Source of the DNA: a virus
Reading direction: 5' to 3' (one strand)
DNA: 64,000 bases
Virus record (IMG/VR): IMGVR_UViG_3300008117_007749
The notes under the pieces are model-generated. The model made no database searches and was not told the origin of the DNA. It saw only the letters and a list, made by a program, of their open reading frames with translations. Shown here in pieces: positions 57,059 to 64,000 of this stretch. Numbering within the stretch: position 1 is the stretch's first letter; every line of letters starts with the position of its first letter. Position numbers and translations under genes: made by a program.

Positions 57059-57316
57059 ATGACTGATCCTAAATATTTTGTTAATATTTCTTATGTACCA
57101 TCACAAGTTAATGGCACTCAACTTCAATTTTTATCAGGAGCTACTGTTTCTTTACCTACTTACTCAGCTGATTATTTTAGAGCATCTATGCCAGAAGTTA
57201 ATATAACAGCTACCGGTTCAAGTTATACCGAAGCATTAGATAATTTATTATTAATTGCAACTTCTTCAACGCCTGATAATGGACAAAATCCATTAGCTAA
57301 CAAAAGATATTACTAA
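57059..57316 (+). CDS. Small hypothetical (probably virion) protein
   Basis: 85-aa ORF with its own late promoter. Confidence 0.65.
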   Translation: MTDPKYFVNISYVPSQVNGTQLQFLSGATVSLPTYSADYFRASMPEVNITATGSSYTEALDNLLLIATSSTPDNGQNPLANKRYY

Positions 57317-59440
57317 TTAAGTATAATTAGGTGACTGTAGATTATTTACACCTAAATCACTATAGAAATTAGATTCTCCTTTCTTAAATGCAGACCCACC
57401 ACCTTTTCCGATTTTGTAATATGGACCACCTTTTATTGCAGCTTCGCCGTAATATTCCCAATGCCACTCTTCACTTTTAACAGCTCTTACAAATCCAAAC
57501 TTCCAGGAATTTTTTACTAACCATTTATAAACATCATTTCTCAATTTACCAAATTGAACAACGTTATTTGGATCTCTTGTACCGGTGTTTAAATCGACAG
57601 CAATTCCATTTCCATGTCTCGAACTTCCGGGCTTGGCGGTTTCAGTTTTTCCACAAACCCCACCTGGACAATTTTTAGCGTAAAGAACTTCTTGTGATTC
57701 AGCACTAACTGATAGACCACTTTCGGTTTTTGCACTTAAATTTGGACCAAAAGCCGGTCTGAAACCTGATGATATAACTATACTGTGACCAGCTTCTTTA
57801 GCAGCGGTAAGCATATCAATAAGAGCGGGTGCTATAACAACATTTATTGGTTTTACATTGCTCTTACCGGAATACCATTCAAGTGGCACTGCGCAACATT
57901 TTATTTTTGATTTCCCGTTTGCTACCAATTCTCCAGGTATCAAATCTAATTTATGTTTTCCAGGCACATAGTTAGTATATGATTCTTTCATTTTTTCATC
58001 ATTTAACTGACCGTTTGCACCCACCGAATTTGAACTAGCATCATTAAATTTTGCTGCTTGTTCCTCGGTTTGTTTTTGATCGGATTCACTTTCATAAAAT
58101 TGACACTCCGAAACCTGAAAATCTTCCTCGGAACCAACAAAAGGTTCTTCAACATATTCTTCATCAATAACAAATGGACTATCTGGTCCGAAATCAAACC
58201 CATCAACAGATTCTTCAGACTGAGGTTCTCCTATCCAAATACTAAACTTAGGAACATCTTCTCTAGCCATAACTTTAAAATCTTCCGGGAAAACTATTGT
58301 TAATTTTTGTTTTGAAACTGTTAATCCAGAAGGACTTGCTCCAGATGGACTTCCACCAGTTGGTTCTACTGAAGGACCAGGTAACGGCTGAATTGGTGAT
58401 ATATACTCTATTAATTCACATTTTTGATTGGAAGGATTACAGAGTTTTAAATCATAATTTGGAACTATTCTTTTCCAATCATCTATGAATCGATTGACAA
58501 TATCAATGTCGGGAATACCAGAAGGTACTTCTCTAGATGCAGATCCACCATATTTGACAATTGTGTTATCAATAGATAACATTAACATTTCTCCAGACTT
58601 TTGATTTATCGTTTCGACTTTTTTTATAATTTGAGACTTTGGATTACTTGGAGTTCCTCCTTTTAACTCGATAAGATAATCTGAACTAGTTATATCCCTC
58701 TCATTACCTTTTTTATCTGACCACTCTGTTCCACCTGTAACTATTACAGGAGAGCCGGAACTATATTTATACTGAACTTCTTCAAGATCTACATAAACAG
58801 TTATACCATCCTCTAAGAATGTTTCAGACCAAAATTGACCAAAAGAATTCCACTCGACTATTGGCATCGTATTTCCATATTTAGACCAATTTGGACCAGT
58901 TGGATTTTTTCCAACAAGATATCTATCTCCACTGTTGGCAGAGACAGTTCCACCTGAAATAGGTTCAGATCTTTTTATATCAATAACATTCGGAATACTA
59001 CCAGTTTTACCAGATTCATAGGTACCAGAAACCTCTGTCCAGCTTGGATCATCAAATTTAAACCACTTAACATAAAGTTCTGTTCCATTATTTAAATAAT
59101 ATGGATCAAAACCGAAATTTCTTAAAATTGGAGGTTCAGGTGACCAAGGATCTTGTATAATAGCATACTCAATTGAGTTTAACTTTGATTGAGTTCTTAT
59201 ATAATCAGTTATAACCTCATCATCTGTTAAATCTTTATATCGACTACCGGAGTATTCAACTTCGGGCCAAATCTTATTTAATTTATCTGGTTCTTCTTTT
59301 TTATTAGGATCGACGCCTAATACACTTCTTTTAGAAAAAGCTCTATCATAAATTGCAACTCTAATATCTAACTCGGTTTTTGTATCAAACCCGTTTGCAA
59401 AATTTCTCCTTATTCTAACTGACTTAATATACTTTGCCAT
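57317..59440 (-). CDS. Virion protein with DUF2793-like segment and C-terminal M15B (VanY-like) Zn peptidase
   Basis: SSGFR, AKPGSSRHGNGIAVD, FGF, EEWHWEY; SGDRYLVG...IVEWN. Confidence 0.8.
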   Translation of the reverse strand: MAKYIKSVRIRRNFANGFDTKTELDIRVAIYDRAFSKRSVLGVDPNKKEEPDKLNKIWPEVEYSGSRYKDLTDDEVITDYIRTQSKLNSIEYAIIQDPWSPEPPILRNFGFDPYYLNNGTELYVKWFKFDDPSWTEVSGTYESGKTGSIPNVIDIKRSEPISGGTVSANSGDRYLVGKNPTGPNWSKYGNTMPIVEWNSFGQFWSETFLEDGITVYVDLEEVQYKYSSGSPVIVTGGTEWSDKKGNERDITSSDYLIELKGGTPSNPKSQIIKKVETINQKSGEMLMLSIDNTIVKYGGSASREVPSGIPDIDIVNRFIDDWKRIVPNYDLKLCNPSNQKCELIEYISPIQPLPGPSVEPTGGSPSGASPSGLTVSKQKLTIVFPEDFKVMAREDVPKFSIWIGEPQSEESVDGFDFGPDSPFVIDEEYVEEPFVGSEEDFQVSECQFYESESDQKQTEEQAAKFNDASSNSVGANGQLNDEKMKESYTNYVPGKHKLDLIPGELVANGKSKIKCCAVPLEWYSGKSNVKPINVVIAPALIDMLTAAKEAGHSIVISSGFRPAFGPNLSAKTESGLSVSAESQEVLYAKNCPGGVCGKTETAKPGSSRHGNGIAVDLNTGTRDPNNVVQFGKLRNDVYKWLVKNSWKFGFVRAVKSEEWHWEYYGEAAIKGGPYYKIGKGGGSAFKKGESNFYSDLGVNNLQSPNYT

Positions 59441-59442
59441 AA

Positions 59443-59976
59443 TTATAATCCACCTACACTAATAGCACCTCCATCACCAAGTCTTATAGGCGGAACAGGA
59501 CTTGGATTAACAGTAGGAGGTAATGAATAATTATTTTCTACGTAATCTTTTCTTGATTTGTCTTGTTTTGTCTTTTTATCAGGATAACCAAGTTTTTGAC
59601 TAATCGATTTTTTATTTACTAAAGAATCTGTTTCAATAATTCTCAGACCTTCATACTCACCAATTGGTACATACTTTAGTATTGTTCCTTTTTTTATATT
59701 CAATGGATTTGAAATGTTGTTTATAGATAATAGAGCATCAACTTCTTTATAATAATATCGAACTTGGTCTGATTCTAACTCATAGATATTCTGGAAAATT
59801 AAATCTATTCTCATTTCATCATCTCCGGTAACTTCATATGTCGGATAATTTCTTAAGTCCGCACTTTTTATCGTTGGTTGAAAAAGATCATAAAATATAA
59901 CTGGTTTTTGTTCTAGTTTTACTCCAACCGATATAAAACCTGGTTTTAGTTGTTTGTAAAGTGATGTTATATCCAT
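59443..59976 (-). CDS. gp53-like baseplate wedge / LysM-like protein
   Basis: EMRIDLIFQNIY...LLSINNISNPLNIKKGTIL. Confidence 0.75.
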   Translation of the reverse strand: MDITSLYKQLKPGFISVGVKLEQKPVIFYDLFQPTIKSADLRNYPTYEVTGDDEMRIDLIFQNIYELESDQVRYYYKEVDALLSINNISNPLNIKKGTILKYVPIGEYEGLRIIETDSLVNKKSISQKLGYPDKKTKQDKSRKDYVENNYSLPPTVNPSPVPPIRLGDGGAISVGGL

Positions 59977-59987
59977 ATTTATTTTTA

Positions 59988-61844
59988 TTATTTTGTAACA
60001 GAACCCGAATTTGAATTAGCATCCTTATTTATTTTATCTTGGGATTGATTTTCTTTTGTAGTGGTTTTTGATGGATCACCTGCGTTTTTGTCTTCATTGT
60101 TTGACACGCCAGATCCACCACCTTGATTTTGAGTTTGCGAATCCTTACCTTCTTCTCTTTTTTCATAAGTATAGAGATTCTCATTTAATACATCAGATGG
60201 ACTTGATGCTGCAAAATCTTTCACAACATTAACAATTCTTAAGTGACCTGTATTAAACTTAGCCATAATATCTGTTAATCCCCAAGATTTTGCGGGGGTT
60301 AATGTGAAGTCAATTTTTATACTTGCTGGTAAATCGTTAAATGCAAGTGTCGGACCTAATGTAATTTGAACAGCTGTTGTGTACATATCCCCAGCACAAA
60401 ACATTGGTCTTAGAGGATTTCCAATTGTAACATGCCAAGGTGTAGAGGCTGCTCCGGAAAGAGCATTCGCAATACCTTTAATTTGCTCTCTATACTTACT
60501 TATTACAGAAGAAAATATCTCTGATGTTAAATTAGCTACAGTATTAACAAATTTATCTATAAATCCCTTTTCTTTAGCTTCAGCCTTTTTAAGTTCAGCT
60601 TCTTGTTTTTTGTAATCCTTTTCTATATCGGCTCCTGGATCTTCTTCACCACCTTCAGTTTCGTCCGCTGCTTCTTGTTCAGCTAAAGCTTCTTTTTTCT
60701 CGTTCTTTAACGCATCTTTAGCTTCTTTGTATGTTTTAGATATCAAATCTTTTAATTGAGTTTTTGCAAAGTCTATTGCGTTTTTTACCGCACTAACAAA
60801 ATCAGTAATCAATGATTGTGGATTAGTTGCCCATTGTTTAATTTTACTAGCAAATTTTCCGGATAAGCCATAATCGACAGCGGGTGAGGTTCCAAATCTA
60901 AGAGCATTTGATAATATGTCTAAATAAACTATTGTAGGGTCTATTCCAGAAATAAATTTTTGCTCATACTCACAAGTCATCTTTACACTCAAAATACAAG
61001 ATAAACCCGATCCAGCTTCACCAGCCGGTACGGTCTTTCTTCTTTTTGCCTCTTTCACTAAATTTGGCTCACCCGCCGGTAAAGTTTGATTTTTGTCATA
61101 CTGCTCAAAGACTCCAAGCTCTTCTCCTATTTTTCTAGTCAATATCTCTGTAAAACCTGGCATTGGAACCGCACCAAAAGCAGCACCAGCAACTGTTCCT
61201 AAATTACCCATATTAAGTAAGTCTTTTCCAATATTATTCAAAATCTCGGTAAAATCAGCATCAGCATCGGTCCATTCCTCTCCGAATGTTATATCCAAGA
61301 AATCTTCCTCAGGCTTTCTCCAACTTATTAGTGTGGAAATTGGACCTCCACCATTTGTGAAAATATTATCACCAACAGGACCCGAGAATCTTCTTGCAAT
61401 TATTAACCGGTTATTTGGATAAACTCCTAGATTTTTTAAATAAGCAAAATCAGATGGTCTTAATCTAGCTCGAGTACCTGATGTTTTTTCTACAATATTT
61501 AATACCGATGTATCATACACATCGTTATTATGTAAAGTCGCTCTTGAAGTTCCTGTGTAATCATCTTCTAAACCTATCTCTTCCTTTTCTTTATTTGCTG
61601 TTCCTTTTTTAGATTGATTTGCCCATGCCTTTATTAAGGTACCTCCAGTAAAAAGAGAGTACATACCACCATTTTTTCCAACTTTAGCTTTTTGTAATTT
61701 TGATTTATCGGTTTCTTTACCAGCGTTATATAAATTTACATTAATGTTTCGAGAACGACCACCATTAAAAGTAGACATACCATCACGCGTTGGTCTTGAT
61801 TCAACACCAATTAATCCTAAAGGGGATCCACCTAAATTTGGCAT
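59988..61844 (-). CDS. Putative baseplate/tail protein
   Basis: First gene of an operon with the gp53-like gene; PWHVTIGNPLRP motif; promoter at 61870. Confidence 0.55.
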   Translation of the reverse strand: MPNLGGSPLGLIGVESRPTRDGMSTFNGGRSRNINVNLYNAGKETDKSKLQKAKVGKNGGMYSLFTGGTLIKAWANQSKKGTANKEKEEIGLEDDYTGTSRATLHNNDVYDTSVLNIVEKTSGTRARLRPSDFAYLKNLGVYPNNRLIIARRFSGPVGDNIFTNGGGPISTLISWRKPEEDFLDITFGEEWTDADADFTEILNNIGKDLLNMGNLGTVAGAAFGAVPMPGFTEILTRKIGEELGVFEQYDKNQTLPAGEPNLVKEAKRRKTVPAGEAGSGLSCILSVKMTCEYEQKFISGIDPTIVYLDILSNALRFGTSPAVDYGLSGKFASKIKQWATNPQSLITDFVSAVKNAIDFAKTQLKDLISKTYKEAKDALKNEKKEALAEQEAADETEGGEEDPGADIEKDYKKQEAELKKAEAKEKGFIDKFVNTVANLTSEIFSSVISKYREQIKGIANALSGAASTPWHVTIGNPLRPMFCAGDMYTTAVQITLGPTLAFNDLPASIKIDFTLTPAKSWGLTDIMAKFNTGHLRIVNVVKDFAASSPSDVLNENLYTYEKREEGKDSQTQNQGGGSGVSNNEDKNAGDPSKTTTKENQSQDKINKDANSNSGSVTK

Positions 61845-61880
61845 AGTTTTGTATTAATTTTTTATACTTTATATATTAAA

Positions 61881-62270
61881 TTAATAGTCTCTTATGATTT
61901 GTGAATTGGAGAATTTTGATAAATTTCCTAAAACATCATCTATAATTTCGGGAAATTTTCTGAACTCGTTGTAGAATATTAAAACATTGAAGTTATTTTC
62001 ACCGAGTATTTTTTTAAGATTTAGTAGTTTTTCAATTGAAAATTCATTTTCAAAGTCAGGAATGTAGTAAATGTCTTTCTTTTTATCTATTGCTTGTTGG
62101 ATCTTATTAAAGATTAAAATTTTTAAATAAGTTTTATCACTTTGAAAATCTACCTCTTCTTCTTCAATTATTTTCCTTATATCAATGATATATTTGTTTT
62201 TAATCCGATTAATTTTAACAAACTTATCAAACTTCTTTCTAGTTTTACAATAAACACAAAAAAATTCCAT
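61881..62270 (-). CDS. Hypothetical protein
   Basis: ORF track. Confidence 0.6.
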   Translation of the reverse strand: MEFFCVYCKTRKKFDKFVKINRIKNKYIIDIRKIIEEEEVDFQSDKTYLKILIFNKIQQAIDKKKDIYYIPDFENEFSIEKLLNLKKILGENNFNVLIFYNEFRKFPEIIDDVLGNLSKFSNSQIIRDY

Positions 62271-62414
62271 TTTATCGATTCTGTTTTTGGGACCATTTAT
62301 CCCATAAAAGACAATTTATATTATTTTTAATCACTGTCATGTTGAGAATATATATAATTTAAAAAGTTTTCCCTTAAACTTTAAATTAAAATTTCATTTT
62401 TAATATATAGAACT

Positions 62415-63800
62415 ATGAGAAAATATTCTGATAAGTTTTTAAATCAGTCAAATAAACTAAAAGACGCTAGAGTTGGATTCGAGTTTGAGTTCTATATGAA
62501 AGATCTTTCATATTATAAAACACTAGAATTGTTAAATGAAGAACTGGGTCCTGTAAAGGTCTGGGGATTTAGACAATATCACTCTGACTTTACACCAGAT
62601 GAGAAAAACTTTAAAATAGAGCCTGACCTTTCCGGTGGATCTAACATGGTGGAATTGGTTACTGGTCCTCTCAATTACTATGACGCTAAATATTATTTGA
62701 TAAAAATAATTAAATTCATTCAAAACTATGGATACACCAACGAAAAGTCTTCTATACACTTTAATGTCTCATTTACAGATAAAGATTTAAATGACCTTAA
62801 TAGTTTAAAATTAATACTAAACTTAGATGAAGATGAGATATACAGAGCTTATCCATCAAGAAAAGACAACGTTTATGCAAAATCAATTAAAAAAATAATA
62901 CCTTATAAAGAATATGACTTTTTTAATATACCTATATCGGTTGTTAAAAATAATATGAGACTACCTTCTGATAAGTATTTTGGTGTTAATTTTTTACACG
63001 TTAATAACAGTAGGGAAAGCCAAAGATTAGAATTTAGATATATCGGAGGTAAAGATTATGAAAAGAATCTTGGTCAGTTAGTTTATTTTCTAGAAAGATT
63101 TATAATATCTGTTTTTGATTCAATTGATGTAGATTTTAGTCCAGACGATGTTGATATATTGGAAGACTATTTACAAAATAACATTTCTCATTACAAAAAT
63201 CTATCAAAATATGACAACTTTATAGTAGATTTTCCAAATGTTCAAATACAAATTGATCAGAACTCAAATTACGATATTGTATCAGCTTATTATTCTAAAA
63301 TATACAATAAAATATTTGCAGTAATGGACGCAATTCAAGATGTAAAAGAGTGTATGTTTAATTATGTCACAACATCTCAATCATTTGAAATTGTTGATGC
63401 TAAAATCAAAACATCGTCTATATTAAGGTCAGTTGATCTTGTTAATTGTGAAGCAGAAGGAATATTTGAGGATTGTTTTTTCTTAGGATGTGAAGTAAAA
63501 AACTCACAATGCACAAAATCAAAATTTGAACAAACCGATGCCTTTGATTCAAAAATCCTTAATTGCAGAGTTGAACAATCGGACTTAACTAATTGTTATT
63601 TTATGGATGGATACTTAAATAGTAATATGTTCGGAGGTGTTTATCGTTCAGGAAAACTTGGACCTTATGCAACTATGGACTCTGAGGTTAAAATTGTTAC
63701 AGATGATAATAACTTCTTTGATACTAAATATGACGAAGAATCAAAAGGTGATAAAAAGGGAATGATTGATGGATATGGCAAGTCGTTTGATAAAAAATAA
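62415..63800 (+). CDS. Putative amidoligase (COOH-NH2 ligase type) with C-terminal beta-helix-like repeats
   Basis: VGFEFEF, IEPDLS, VELVTGP, SSIHFN, KYFGVN, LEFRYIGG; promoter at 62400. Confidence 0.8.
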   Translation: MRKYSDKFLNQSNKLKDARVGFEFEFYMKDLSYYKTLELLNEELGPVKVWGFRQYHSDFTPDEKNFKIEPDLSGGSNMVELVTGPLNYYDAKYYLIKIIKFIQNYGYTNEKSSIHFNVSFTDKDLNDLNSLKLILNLDEDEIYRAYPSRKDNVYAKSIKKIIPYKEYDFFNIPISVVKNNMRLPSDKYFGVNFLHVNNSRESQRLEFRYIGGKDYEKNLGQLVYFLERFIISVFDSIDVDFSPDDVDILEDYLQNNISHYKNLSKYDNFIVDFPNVQIQIDQNSNYDIVSAYYSKIYNKIFAVMDAIQDVKECMFNYVTTSQSFEIVDAKIKTSSILRSVDLVNCEAEGIFEDCFFLGCEVKNSQCTKSKFEQTDAFDSKILNCRVEQSDLTNCYFMDGYLNSNMFGGVYRSGKLGPYATMDSEVKIVTDDNNFFDTKYDEESKGDKKGMIDGYGKSFDKK

Positions 63801-63827
63801 TGAATAATCAATATTAATATATAAATT

Positions 63828-64000
63828 ATGAATATAAAAGACTATAGATTGTTTTTAGGATTAGAATCCGATGAACCAATTAACGAAGAAGTTGGACTTA
63901 GAAATCTTAAAAAGATTGCAAAAAGCTTAGATAAAATAGACCAAGCACTTGTTGGTACTACAAGAATGGAAAAAAATCCATCATCAGCTGCAAATAAATC
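63828..64000 (+). CDS. 5' part of a protein with capsid-targeting-like leader (runs off the window)
   Basis: MNIKDYRLFLGLESDEPINEE...; TTAATATATA at 63814. Confidence 0.65.
   Translation, partial: MNIKDYRLFLGLESDEPINEEVGLRNLKKIAKSLDKIDQALVGTTRMEKNPSSAANK

Noticed and set aside
1-64000. Alternative genetic code (TAG or TGA reassignment, as in some Bacteroidota phages)
   Set aside because: Conserved genes are full length in code 11, and TAG/TGA occur as ordinary stops (e.g. 33662, 47541, 52631)
1-64000. Bacterial chromosome or prophage, suggested by rnr, infC, clpP and ppk2
   Set aside because: These genes are isolated among T4-like genes without their usual operon partners (no rpmI/rplT, clpX or tig) and no integrase is seen

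Overview
The whole window is a dense, AT-rich (roughly 30% GC by eye) segment of a large T4-related myovirus, probably a jumbo phage, read in the standard genetic code. The host is most likely Bacteroidota; this is inferred from Bacteroidota-style ClpP, IF-3 and RNase R, DUF6576-like motifs, a small lipoprotein and A-rich leaders without Shine-Dalgarno sites. Head genes: a gp21-like prohead protease fused to a repetitive scaffold, and a gp20 portal. A glycosylation cassette (GT-B/GT-A fusion, Aah/TibC-type heptosyltransferase fused to an FkbM methyltransferase, DUF6165-like protein) abuts about 14 kb of fibre genes with Gly-Thr-Ser collagen-like tracts. Replication genes: the C-terminal half of a split family-B polymerase, a sliding clamp, primase, UvsW and a UvsY-like protein. 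Host-like genes: rnr, infC, clpP, ppk2. The baseplate module (gp27-like, gp5-like, gp53-like) carries three different peptidoglycan-acting domains. Two system-level patterns stand out. (1) A putative phage-encoded O-glycosylation system for Ser/Thr-rich collagen-like virion fibres. (2) About 14 unrelated proteins, several of them enzymes, share a T4 capsid-targeting-like N-terminal leader and sit behind a conserved TTAATATATA late-promoter motif, suggesting a large head-packaged, injected enzyme cargo. All protein assignments come from motif recognition by eye; no database search was run. No tRNA, rRNA, CRISPR array or reverse transcriptase was seen.
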